DNA from: Sphagnum compactum
Lineage: Eukaryota
Direction of reading: 5' to 3'
Length of the DNA: 64,000 nt
Assembly (NCBI GenBank): GCA_965153455.1
Contig: OZ234493.1
Coordinates: 33,036,213 to 33,100,212 of the forward strand
Shown here piece by piece: positions 11,628 through 24,429 of the stretch. The notes beneath the pieces are model-generated. The model made no database searches. It was not told the DNA's origin and saw only the letters and a list, made by a program, of their open reading frames with translations. The position numbers were made by a program, and so were the translations under genes. Numbering within the stretch: the stretch's first letter is position 1; each line of letters starts with the position of its first letter.

Positions 11628-14598
11628 TATAAATCAAGAATTAAAGAAAGTCACCTTGGATGAGAAATTTGCAGGTGATATATAAATCAAGAACTAAAGA
11701 AAAGGCACCTTGGATGAGAAATTTGTTCCATTTAGGATGTGTGTAATGTGACAGCATCTGACATGATCAAAGTAATATTAGTTTAGGGTGATCAAAGTAA
11801 GCAATGCGAAAGAAGTAATGGACCATGAAGATAGCGACCAGTTCGCATTCGCGGTTTTCCCGGGCCTTCAACCATTTGAACCTCCGCGCACTGGCTATGA
11901 TGGCTCTAGCACCGGCTCCTGCTTGCACGGGCATCCGTGCTCCACTGCCTCTTCGCCTCGTAGAGCGTTCAAACCTACATGGCACACGCGACATTATATG
12001 TTAAGATCCACCTCGGCAGGATGATTCAGGCTCCTCGACTGCATCCGCACTTAGCTGCTGCAGACCATGAACCATGTATTTTTCCGTGAAATGTGGTTAG
12101 ACTCATCTCGACGTGATAGGGATCCAAGCCTTGCGGATCCACATTATGCTTGTGCGACGCAATGCCAGTTGAGAAGATATATACCATCCGGATCACGATG
12201 CCCATCCATATTGTCAGGATTAGCTCCAGTACTTCCGGGACGATCACCACACGCCGCAGACATTCCCAGCTTGCCCTCTAGCTCCAAGCTGGTGCGAGGT
12301 GCAGGATTCGCGATTTTCCCAGCTGCTAGAACCTGCAGCAGCTGCAGCAGCTGCATCATCACTAGCCCAGCCGATCTGCGAAGCCTCCTTCATGCCAGAG
12401 CCCAAAACGTCCGTTGCAGCCTGGTCGACGTCCCATGAGCTTCACCTTCATGAAGAACCCAACTCCATAAGGCTCAAATCCACCACAGTGCCGCCATTCT
12501 GATGGAAACTCGCTCTGGGTGGGCCCTCCATCGGTCCCAACTGGTGCGGCATTGCAGCAGCGGCGATGACCCACTAGATGCGGACATTAGGCAATACATG
12601 TGCGTGGGGCTCTTGAGTTTTTACCACATATGCTGCACATTTTCTGTGCTGCAGGGCTTCCAAAAAAAGAGAAATCCAATTAGGACTCGCGATTCTAAGA
12701 CATTTAAAGTTTAAATCTCCAAATATAAACGCAATGTGAGGGTCCTATGTCCTATCCCCTGGGGGGGGGAGCCAGGATCCAATAAACATTTCAAAAACAA
12801 ACCTCGCTCTTTCAGAATGTGTGGACAAACCACCCCTCCCTGCCCCCTGGGGCCCAACTCCAACAACCACCCTCAGGAAGACTTTGATAAAACATGAACT
12901 ATAGTTTATGGGTATCTCAACTGTACTCTGAATCTGACTTTCACATGATTTGATTTTCAATTGTCTCTTCCTCAGGCCCTCACCCCTGAAATCCACTTGC
13001 ACATTCCGACTACCATTTAGTTTAAAATGGTTTGCTAACAAATTTGTAGAAAGAGGTTTTAAGGACTTCTTGATAATCAATGTAGTTCATCTCAAAATTT
13101 CTTCAACAAGCACTTAATATGACTAATTGTTAAATTGAATTTGGGCTATGGCAGGATTCCAATGAAGTTACATGTTGTGTATGTACAAAACTCTTGCCTA
13201 CCAAAAGCCTTCAGGAAAAGCATTTCAATCAAAAATATATTTGGAATTTCAAAGGATCTAATAGTGACTTTCCAAGATTATCTAGATGCAATTCAATATC
13301 TAAGAGGTAATTAACTAAAGGGAATGATATGTGATACATGATAGCTTATGTTTTACCAAGTAACTACAAATATGAAAGCCATTTAGTGCATGTGAACAAC
13401 TACACCTAAAAAGAAAATCTTTTCTCAATGTACTACATTAAGTACTTGTAACCATGGATTTTTGTAGAGAAAGAACAATCACATCATATTAACGTCTTAA
13501 AGCAAGAAAGCTGTACTGAACTGAGTTCTTGTAACCATGAGTTGTGTAGAGAAAAACAATCACACAACATTTTAAAGCGAGAGAGATGGATATATGCAAT
13601 TTTTGCACCCTTCAAGAAGAGGAACATTCATCTTGAGGTGTCCAACATTATAGATACCAATTTTAAGCCTTCTGAAATTGCAACCTAGCCAAACTTAATA
13701 CATAGCCTTAAAGGTTTTTTTAATTTTGAACAATAGCCATGCTATAATTACATGTATTAAATGTTAAATTATGGAGGCTACCAAGTCAAGAACGCATGTA
13801 TGACCTGATCATGCTGTGCTTGTCCTATGGGATGAACAATGCCTTTGATGTTCAAAATCCAATGATGCATTTTATTTTGTTACTCAGATTTTTTCTCTTT
13901 ATTTTTATTCATTTTTTGTGATTTAGGCAAGTTTGTCTAGTAGAGGCTCAGATGTGAAACTAAAAATTAGCGCCTGAGATCCTCCAATACAATCATAAGT
14001 ACCAACCAGCTACAACCTAATATCCTAAATTATATTAAAAATCTGGAAAATATTCAGAGACTTGGCAATTGAAAACCCTGATTTTTCATCCAAAAACAAA
14101 ACGCTGCTCACTGGTTTCATCCAGGTTTCTCAAAAAGAACAAACTAGTCTAAAAGTTGTACATCCTAAACCCAAAAAGCTTCAGTGAAGCAAAAGAGCCT
14201 GAAACTAAAAATTTCACATTCTAACAGCCGGGTAGAAGTCTGAGATCAATTCACTACAAAAAGACACAGAACTTTTCAAAGATTGCAATATGAGTATATA
14301 TCTGGGGGAAAAAAAACAGGAGCTCTCATCTACAGAAAACCCCTATTATTATTATTATATCCTAAAAAACAAATTCCAAGAAAAAAAGGACAAAAATCTA
14401 ATAAAACTGCACAAGGAAACACCCTAGTCCTGGAGATAATATAACTAGCACTTACTAATGAGCAGCTAATATGATGTGAATTAGTTTTGTATCCAATTTC
14501 TACAGAATTAGTTTCATTAATAGATCTTACACCATCGCAGCTCATGGGACCATGGTTAAGTATGCAGGTGTTAGTTGTGGGCACATGACATTGAGCTT

Positions 14599-17068
14599 CT
14601 AGATTTCCTCAGCCAGTTGCTTGGCCCTGAAAGGCATGGCGCGGATCACCAACATCTGGTATGCTGCTGCCAAGGCTGCTCCCAAAAATGGGCCTACCCA
14701 GAACACCCACTGCAGATAGCAAACAACTTGTAATTTAACAACAGGCAATCTGATCCAGAATTCTGAACATATAAAGTTACAGTACTCACACACACAAACA
14801 CACAACATTTTATATTTTTGTGCACATGTATTGACATTTGTTATTTGGGTGATATTATTTCCTTTTGGGACCATCCAAAAGATCTTGAAATACCCCTACA
14901 GGTGCTGCAAACAATACATGTCAAACAAAATCATTTTTTTGACATTGGAAAAATACATAATTTGATCTTTCCCTACTTCTTGAATGGGATTAATAAAAAC
15001 AATGAAATATTGGTCCCACTAGATCCCCTTTGAGCTTTCCCTATATTTTTTGAATCTAGATAAAACTGTTTTTGATCTTGAATTTCTCTGGAACACTTTT
15101 CGGGCTACAAAGAGTGTCAGAACAGTTTCTTATGATATAGTACTGGTCGTTAATTTATTTTATATATAACTAGGATTTCTAGCTAGATTTTGATCAGGAT
15201 CGTGAGTAAGCTTTGAAGTATTGAGGATGCAGAAGTTGCAGGACTTCTGATCTGCGTTCTCAGATATATAGATCGTTTGGTCGTGGTGCAAGACTAGTTG
15301 AACTTGAGGGTAATTCATAGCTCATAGTAATGGATAGCAGCAGCTCCAGCGTTCATTGACGAGGAGTTGGGAGAGTAACTTACCTGATCATTCCAAGCAA
15401 TGTCGCGGTTGAATATGATGGCTGTGCCTAGACTGCGAGCGGGGTTGATGCTTGTGCCTGTAATGGGGATGGTGGCCAAGTGTACCAGGAACACTGCAAA
15501 TCCGATGGGAAGGGGCGCTAGTCTCTGCAACAACAACATCATCATCATCGGGCCGGTGATCAACGCACAGTTAATAATACAGTAGATCAATTTGTGAAGA
15601 AGTTTCGTTCGAATCTCTATATATTTCCAATAAGTCCGAATTTTCAGTTCCGAGTAGTTTCCAATATCTTTTGAAGGACTCAATTTATATTCTTAAGTCT
15701 TAAGCATTTCCAAGACGTGGATTCCTCTCGTGAAGACAGACCGTTATATAGCAAGAAACGACTTTGCGGACTCTAAACCTAGAAGCTAATTCTAGTCCTG
15801 AGAAAGATCAGTTCAGAGAGCAGCAGAGAATTTCTGGCAACCGATCATAACAGTGAAGCTGTGAACATCTTCACTGTGATTGCGGTTACATACCGGCACG
15901 AAGGAATCACGAGCTTGTCGCTTGGAATCTGTAGCAGATAAGACTGTGTACACCAAAATGAAGGTACCGACGATTTCTGCTCCGAGTCCGTCTCCCAAAG
16001 TGTACCCATGCGCCACACGGTTGGCACCACCTCCCGCAGTTTCGTAGAAGTCCGGCTGGAACCCCTTCACCACTCCTGCTCCACAGACTGCACCCAAGCA
16101 CTGACACACCATGTAGAAGATCATCCGAGGGAACGACACTTTCCTTGACAGGAACAGCCCCAACGTGACAGCCGGATTGATGTGACCTCCTGCAAGCAAA
16201 GCAAGAAATTAGTAAGCAAGCACATCGATATAACACTAGAATTCAGACTTGATGAGAAAATATAAATCCATGTCATGTGTCTAGTATAAAGAATTATGAC
16301 AAAGTGGCTTTAACACCAAGCTCATGTTCCTCCATGTTTGCTCCATTCTTTCAAATGCAATCTCTCGTTCAATCAGGCACGAATCTTCTAGCAACTGGAA
16401 TCATTGTCCGTCCCTTGCGCAATAGAGCTGTTGGGGATCAGCTCAGGCATCGATCAATCACGAAGCTTATCCTACTAGCTATAGCTAACCAAGGACAAAT
16501 TACCAACTTCCTCTTTGACATTGGTTCGCAGTACCCTTCTAGATGGCATAATTGAACTTTCCTCGTGAGGCAGGCTCCCTGGGAATGTTGCAAAAGTCCC
16601 TGTGTTGCACAATTCCTTGTTACTTACTAGCGTTTTTAGTCTATTCTTGGAAGTAAAGTTACATAATTTTTCCCACAAGGAAATCATCCAAGAGTGCCTC
16701 CTTGTGAGCTAGTTTTGCAAATCTTTACCTGAGATGCCGGCAGTGCAGTATACCAGAGCAAAGATCATGCCACCAAACGCCCAAGCAATTCCTTGGGTGC
16801 CTACCCCGTTGCAAGCACCCAGACGAACATTACCCATCACCGTCTGGATTGTGATATAGAGGAACAGGAAACTGGCAACAAACTCCGCCACACCGGCTCT
16901 GTAGAAGGACCATTTCCGGAGCTCCACGGCGTCGAAGAATGGCGAGAACACGTCGTGATACGGCTTTCCAGACACCACGGGCGCTCGAGTTCCCAGCGGT
17001 GCCTCGGCATCACCGTACCTCGTAGCTGCACCGACCGAAACGTCCTCCCCCTTAATTTGATCTGTCAT
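14599..17068 (-). CDS. PIP1: Plasma membrane intrinsic protein (aquaporin), PIP1-like, 295 aa; exons 17068-16729, 16189-15894, 15524-15384, 14709-14599
   Basis: Spliced frame [14 protein letters not shown]...[11 protein letters not shown]...[16 protein letters not shown]...[46 protein letters not shown]...[12 protein letters not shown]...[15 protein letters not shown]. Two NPA motifs, GT-AG introns, exon sizes 340/296/141/111 matching the usual PIP layout, total 888 nt with no internal stop. Confidence 0.95.
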
Positions 17069-18269
17069 GACGACGACGACTCGGTCGTGATGCAGAAATT
17101 TCAACAATTGCTGCAACTACTGAATATGATCCTAAGTTGCTGCTACCAAGTCTAGCGAGCTACAGCTACTACTACTTCACTGATGCTCGCTGCTCCCACT
17201 TTCTTTCTTGGATGAATGAGTGGATCAATATTGGTGAGATCACAGTGTAATTTTCTGCAAGTTTGTTTTAGATCAATGACGGGACGTTTCCGTTGTGGCA
17301 TGAGCTTCTAGTTGATCAAGTCCTATGCATCATCACAAATGTGATGTGATCTGCTTCACAATCGCTAACAAAGATTTTCCACAGTGATTCAAGTCCACAA
17401 AGATTATGTCTCTGGATTATTCCGCAAACAAGTGGTCAGATTCTTGCGACTCACGAGAAGCAGACGTCGTCGTGCTGAAGTGCTGCGGCCGCTCACGAGT
17501 CTGTTGTGGCTTTGTTACCTACAGAACGCCGTTAGCCTCGATCCGGCCAACTGTTGAAAGATTTGTACCCGGCTGAGGCTCGATCCGGGCAGCTGTTAAA
17601 AAAAATTCAGTCGCCGAACCTCAAGCGCTTCTCTAGGTTTTTTTTTTTTTTTTTCCACAACGTGCAACAACGGGGAAGAGTGTCAACAATATAAAAACTT
17701 GGAAACTGATTATTCTGCAAATTGACCTAAATTTTATTGTACATATATAGGCTATAAGATGGCCCAACTTGGGAGCAGTGTTTCCTTTTTCAAGAAAAAT
17801 TCTGGGAATTGTTTTGCTAGTGTAAAATATTTGACTAATTGTTCTATTTTGTAATGGAAAAAATTGAAATTTTGGTATTTTATAAAGTTAAATTAAAACC
17901 TCTTTGGGAGGCGTTTGAAACCATGGGGGCTTGCTTTCTCAATTAAATTGTCACTAGTGGGTACCCGTGACCTTTGGACACTGTGAAGTCCCCCGGTTTC
18001 TTTAAACCAAAAGAGACACACACAAAGGCGCAAAGCAGCTATTTTTATTTTATTTTTAATTATTTTTTTACGTTGAAAAGTCCCCCATGAAAACATACAT
18101 GGTGAAGCGAGCATTTTGAAAAAATTTCAAAAAAAAAAATAAATCGCCACATTTCCAAGAGGGGAAAAAAAAGAGTTTCCTGCATGGTCACTTTATCTAA
18201 AATCTATTACATGCCTGGAAATCCTATGGAGGAAATGTTTGATATATATAAAAACCCCATTTTAGTCTA

Positions 18270-18390
18270 ATCCTATATATTAATCCTATATATTATTATC
18301 CCATCTGGGTATATTTAGAGGCCGGTCGGTTCTGCCAAACCCCCTTCTCAAGCCCTGTCACAGACAGACAAGTGAATTAATATATATGAT
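18270..18390. mobile_element. Tiny inverted-repeat-bounded element, nested in a longer cagtgttt...aaacactg element (about 17776-18509)
   Basis: atcctatatattaat versus attaatatatatgat (1 mismatch as inverted repeats) around a short GC-richer core. Confidence 0.45.
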
Positions 18391-20641
18391 ATGAAAAATT
18401 TGATGAATTTTTACAATAATTAGTCTAATTTAAACACTAAAAAAATAGAATTTTCTCAAAATTTTTGTCCAAAAGAACTGAAAAGATTTGACCCAAAAAA
18501 AAAACACTGATTGAAAGCCTTATCATTGAAACTTTGGCTACATATTCTTCTTCATTATATGAAACATTATATGCAATCACTAGGGCTATGTTTGTATTGT
18601 TTTACATTCACTCAGATGATATTTTTTAAAGACTTGTTCACTAAGTTGGTGTCAACAAAGATTATCACACAAAGCAAAGGTGAAAATTTTCTTGAACATT
18701 GTGTGTAAACAATTGGGGAGAAAGGTCTACATTGTGTGCTTTATTGTGATGTTTTAGTAGAACTTTCTTCGCTAATTGGGCCTGCATCGATTTATATCAT
18801 TTGTTGCACATGTTGTTCCTACAAGTATAGTGATTTGCCATGATGCATTAAAATTCAAAACCAAAATGTGCAAAAAATGACAAGTAAAGCTGTAGATTGA
18901 CTGAAGATTTTCAGTATAGATTTTCACATTTGGAATGACATGAAAACCTTTAAAAATTGTTTCATTGCACATAAATTGGGTTGATTTTTGGGTTGATTAT
19001 TTTACTCCTTTTTTTAAATTGTGATAAAACTTGAAACATACATTCAAAAAGTTTACATAAAACACACAGTAAGGGGCGCTCCTTTTCATTTAAATAGGTT
19101 TACATAATGTTCAAGTGAATAATGCATTCTTTTGCTAATTGTGCACTGTAAGGAAAACTAAAGGGTTAACTGAAATGCAACCCTTCAATGAAAAGTGCAA
19201 AACTATAATTACTGCCCATCATTGTGAAAGTTGGAACTTGGAACCACCCTTTAAAGTTAAACATTGCATGGGATTAAACAAAATTTCACCACCTGAAATT
19301 ATGTTGACATAAATCTAAGTTTTAACCACAATACATGTGATGACGCTTCAATGTTTTCATTATTAGAACCATTTTCACTCCACATGTCATTATCATGTTA
19401 TTTTAAGAAAGGTTGTGCAACTTGGGACCAATGCAAGCTACACTAAATCAATATGGATATCACAATGGCATATTTGTAATGAGCATGTAATTCAAATGGG
19501 ACAAATGTATTCAAAATTGAAGTTATCAATTTAAGAACATAATTTAAAATCATAAATTGAAATATCGACATGATGTAGGTTTTTTTATGCATAATACATG
19601 AAAATATAAAAAATATGGACATTTGAAGTGAACATTAAAAAAATTATAACTAACAAAAAATACATATGAATTTCAAACGGCTCTAATCATTGATAAGGCT
19701 ACAATTGTTACGGGCTTAAATTTGATTATACAATTTAATTTCACACCATGTCAATTGTATGTTTTGATTTGAATGAACATTTTCTTTATCATTGAATACA
19801 TTGGTTTTTTCCAAAAGTTCATATCATGTTGAAAAAAATGTATTTAATGCTAGATTTATGCACAAATGTACAAAAGAATGAATTTTAGATGAGGTTTTCT
19901 TTAATAACAAAAAGATGGTTTGAAATCAATAAGTTGTTGGTGCCGGACCACTTAATAATCTCAAGGCTCAAAAAACATGTGGAGGGAAACCATTTTCAAA
20001 TGGACTTATGAGACTTTTTTGGGCCGCTTTTTGGTCCCACTCCCCCCTTGGGATTAGGCTTCAAGATATTGTATGGGCTTGTAAGCAATTCAGGTGGGTC
20101 TTAGCATTGCCCTTTTCCACCCCCCTAGAAAAAGAGCATCATGTTTTTTCCCTTTTCTTTTTTTTGCTTTTGGGAAGCAGCAACTTGGACCTTTATGAAA
20201 CCAATTTATCTGGAACTTTGCACATCAAGCTTAAAGAAGGCTAGAGCTGGGAGCTAGAGTATGTTCACTTTGGAAAACATGATGCTTGACAAATCCCTAT
20301 TGAAGGGCAAAAGGGAAAGAAACAAAAAAAGCTTTTGGAAGAAAAGTAATTTTCAAAGTACCTATGGAGAAAAGTTTTTCAAAAGAAAAACCCTACAATA
20401 AGGTGCATATCACATACTTTTGTCAATAATTTTTGCTTATGGCCATTTCGTAGAATAATTTAAGTTAAGAGAAAATGCACAACCTACCTAAATTAAACAT
20501 CTTAGGCTTCTCTAAAATATTCGAACAATCGGCCTTCCAAACAACTCACAATTGAAGCTATAATGTCTTTCAAAATGGCTCTTAACATCCTTCTCACTCA
20601 TCATGACCCAAAATATACATATAGTAGAGTTCCCTCACAAT

Positions 20642-20906
20642 CAGTGATTTTTTTTTGGCGAAAAATCGCCAAATGGCTACAGAGTCTTCTGAAAAAGGAA
20701 TATTCTGTCACAAATTCCCTGCTTTTGAGAAAAAAATTCGCCAAAAAGCGACAGAAAACTGGTTTTTTGAGGATGGTGTCGCCACATTTATGCCTACTGG
20801 CTACAGTTTTCAGAGTTTCTTGAAATAAATTCGCCAGTTAAATCGAAATCTGCCTGGGGATGCTCGCCACCCAGGCTACATCAGGAAATTGAAAAAAAAA
20901 ACACTG
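20642..20906. mobile_element. hAT-type MITE with 8-bp TSD
   Basis: Ends cagtgattttttttt / aaaaaaaaaacactg. Perfect TSD ctcacaat at 20634-20641 and 20907-20914. Confidence 0.88.
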
Positions 20907-21074
20907 CTCACAATGTAAGGGCAATGATCCAAGCAATCCTTCAACATTAATGACTATAAGTAGCAATTGTTGTTTGGAATATTATCCTAGTCTTTTGATT
21001 GTCATGTGAAAAGTAGAAAATAATGAAGACCTTTAATTCCATTTCTTCTATTTGTTCTAATTGTTAGTTTAAAC

Positions 21075-22020
21075 TAGTGTTGTGCGTGTAAGTGTCAATA
21101 GCCGTATATAGGGCGTGTAAATCCAGTGTAAGTGTAAATAATTTACACTTACACTTATCCTGTTGCAGTCTATATATAGTTTTTTAACACTTACACGAAG
21201 CCAGTGTAAATATTTGTCAAATACGCTTACACGACCCTGAGTAAGTGTTCTGAGGCCTGTAAGTGTAAATACTAAAATTATTTGTAAAGTCACCCTGTCA
21301 TTGGGCCTCTATTCACCCCAAACCCTTCTTTCAGGGCTATCCATAACGTAAAGAAATTTTATTAAATCTGCGAATGAAATGCTAAAAATCAGCATCTAGT
21401 GTACAACGTTCAAGATAATTATAGTAGCTTTACAAGTAGAACCAGTGAAAATAAATGCAGCAACAGTGGAGGTGCTAAAGAAAAAGGGAAGACAGGGTGA
21501 AACTCAGTTCACCGCAAGAGTTCGCCACAAGAACTGAGGTCCCCCCCACCCTTGAATGCTAATGTTTTTTATTTTTTTGAATCACACCCTATTTATGACC
21601 AAACTCAGGGTTCTAGTGTTGTTTTCCTTGCTTTATAGATTATTTTATTATATATATTTAATGACCAGACCTTCCTACAAATCATATGAAGTAGTTGTGG
21701 GTGTATATTTTGATGGTTTTTTTTTTTGCAATGGGCCATTTAGCTGGCTTATCTTCAAAAACATTATGAAATCTCTCCTCCTCAAGATAAAAATCACATT
21801 TTTTACATTGTTATATATTTACATTGTTTTACATAGCCATGCAAAATCATGTAAACATGTATATTTTTACATTTACATTGTTTTATGGGACTCCGTAAAA
21901 CTATATAATCATTTTTTTTATTACACTTACACTGTTTTACACTCATATTTACATGTTTCATATTTTACATTTACACTTACATGGAGTGTAAGTCCCAAAC
22001 CATTTACATGCACAACACTG
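21075..22020. mobile_element. Non-autonomous hAT element, copy 1 (946 bp)
   Basis: TIRs tagtgttgtgcgtgtaa / ttacatgcacaacactg. Perfect 8-bp TSD gtttaaac (21067-21074, 22021-22028). Subterminal gtgtaa/ttacac repeats. Confidence 0.9.
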
Positions 22021-22447
22021 GTTTAAACCACCTTTTGTAATTCATCCAATTTTTAGATTAGAATTTTGAATAGGAAATTGATGGACAATGTGATTCAAAT
22101 GACTTTGTGGTTACTTTACAAATTACCAATGTCCACTTCCTGTGGTCTCTAAATTACAAAGTTGAATACTTTTTTAGAAGATAGCAATATATGTACTATT
22201 AGTCGTCTAGGCTTTGACAATTAGCAAAAAGAAAGCTTTGACAAAATCTTATTAAATCAATTTTTTGGCCCAACAGTTGAAGGTATTAGAAATATTCACA
22301 AGATGATCCCCTTTTGGGCCCTTCTTTCATTCCTGAACTCCTCTTTCGACCTCTAAACACTGTTATCTGCAAAGTAATGAACTCTTATTAAATATGTATG
22401 TAAAATGTTGGAACTCAGGATTAAATGCAGGAGGCTCGATAATATTT

Positions 22448-22834
22448 ATTAGTGTGGCCTCTGCCATTGGCCCAAGTGTTTCCACGTCCGCAACTGATTT
22501 TCCTTCCAAAACCTGGTTTTTTGGAATTTATTTGAATTTTCATCGGCAGAAATCACTTTAAAATCAATATCTCTCACATTCTGAATCCAAATCTTCCCAA
22601 ATAAATTCCATTAAATCCGCTCATTAAGATCTTTCCATCAACACCAAAGGCACATTCCTCCGTAATTTTCAGCCAGGATTTAATCTAATTTTCAGTGAAG
22701 AAATCATTCAATATTCAAGAACGTTTGCACCACAAGTCCAAACACGTCATAGAACCAAGCCCATGCACCCCTCCTCCTCCAGAGCTTTCCAAAGACACCA
22801 AGAACATGATCTGAAGCATACTGGCTCAGTGGAT
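22448..22834. repeat. Dispersed repeat without obvious TIRs; a related copy lies inverted at about 46170-46515
   Basis: tagtgtggcctctgccattggcccaagtgt...ttttccttccaaaacc matches the minus strand of about 46448-46514 (tagtgtagcctgtgccattggcccaagtgt...ttttccttccaaaacc). Confidence 0.6.
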
Positions 22835-23703
22835 TTCATAACTTCAAAACAAAACAAACTACCTTCCTTCATAGATAGATGGTTACAGGACACACAAAAA
22901 ACAGCAGTGATTGATTGAAGGCAACCAGAACAAAAGAAGAAAAAAAACAAGGTGAAACCAGATTTGGCCAAATATGGTGTTAAATTGAGTTTCATTCCCC
23001 CTTGAAGGCCAGTGTACTTTTTTCACTCCTTGTTAGAAATCTCACCTGGTTTATGACCAAACAGGGGGTACTAGTCCTGTGTTTTCTTTACTTTGCAAAT
23101 ATCTTTATTATCTAAAGAAAACTTGTTGCTAAATGGCTGTAACAAAGGTAACCCATGAAAAGAAAGGTTGAGGGGCTTCTGAAAAAGATAACAACCCTTG
23201 ATGGATAGCTCTCTAGTAGTTGTTAGATTCACGCCAACTATTTCTGCCATGGACTTCACATGGACCAACACCAATGATGAACCTTTTTTAATAGGATCCA
23301 ATTCATGATCTAGTGCTCTTGATTTTCTAAGAAGGCACCAACAACAGTTTAAGATAGACTTTTGGCAACATATGCATGAAATAAGGGGGAACAAAGACTA
23401 CAGACAAAGGGGGAGGGAGGGGAGGAAAAGGTACAAAGAAAGGAGGAAATTCAGGCTCACCAAAATCATGCATGCTTACAAGTATACACAGATGTCTGCC
23501 CTTACGATCTCCCTTTTAATATCTCTCTTGACATAAGAGGCATAAAACATGTGGGCTCAAATGTCGGGCATCTTTATTCACAAAGGCTTATGAACCTGCA
23601 AGACTTTATTCCAATGAAAAAGTTATCTGAACATTCACATGCAGTCTAGATTATTTTTTTCTCCTACAATCTTTTTGTTGCTAACTAGGTATAGTTATGC
23701 TTA

Positions 23704-23895
23704 AGGTGCATTCACACTTGATGTTAAGTCAGTGTTAAATGAAAATCTAAATGGCATCCTAGGTGGCACCCAATGTTAAATGGGCCATAGCTCAATGTTA
23801 AGTGAATGCTAGCTTAACATAAAATTTTCATGGCAACTAGGTTGAAGTCCTAGATGGCTAGCATGGTGTCCCTAACACCAAGTGTGAATGCACCT
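23704..23895. mobile_element. Tourist-like (PIF/Harbinger) MITE
   Basis: TIRs aggtgcattcacacttg / caagtgtgaatgcacct, with TTA TSD on both sides. Confidence 0.88.
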
Positions 23896-24054
23896 TTAGT
23901 TAATTATCATGCATATTTAACATGCTCTCGCTTTGAAAAAATGTGGTGAAAAATGGAAAATTAAAAAAAGTGCTGGTCCTGGTAGGGTACACCACAGTTG
24001 GCTGTGATTTGTCTTTTCCTTCTTTTGTTTAGGTATCTTTTGGTGCCAATGACT

Positions 24055-24429
24055 TCCTTGGCTGAACCAGCACCCACACTACTCAACACCTTCACCTTCA
24101 TGAGTTAGGCCTTTTAGTGGCTTTATTCAACCCGAAAATGTTAAATTTGGATTCAGAGACCTTGACATAGTTTTAGGATGGGATATTTATCATGGTTAGA
24201 CTGGTACCATGGACATTAACCATTGACACTGTTACCATGGTAAACATGGTCTTAGGTTAGAAAGTAACATGGTTTTAGGTTGCTTCTAACCATGGTAAAT
24301 ATCCCGTCCAGGACCGAATCAAGGTGGTCTCTTAGTCCAAATTTAACATTTCCGAGGTTTGATATGATGACTAAAAGGCCTAACTCAAGAAGGCAAAGTT
24401 ACCAGTGTAGGTGCTGGTTCACCCTGGCA
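24055..24429. mobile_element. Mutator-like fold-back MITE with ~150-bp inverted arms and a 9-bp TSD
   Basis: tgaaccagcacc...tgagttaggccttttagt...aaatgttaaatttgga is inverted as tccaaatttaacattt...actaaaaggcctaactca...ggtgctggttca. TSD ccaatgact at 24046-24054 and 24430-24438. Confidence 0.8.

Noticed and set aside
11941-11961. Partial similarity to miR408 (cactgcctcttc)
   Set aside because: Only about 12 contiguous matches and no precursor hairpin seen; compatible with chance.
17069-17116. 16-codon N-terminal extension of the PIP from the ORF track
   Set aside because: It starts at a non-ATG codon. ATG 17068 gives a normal PIP1-like N-terminus.
21556-22026. 156-aa ORF and similar F/Y/I/L-rich ORFs across AT-rich regions
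   Set aside because: They lie inside MITEs or low-complexity DNA and have no recognisable motifs.
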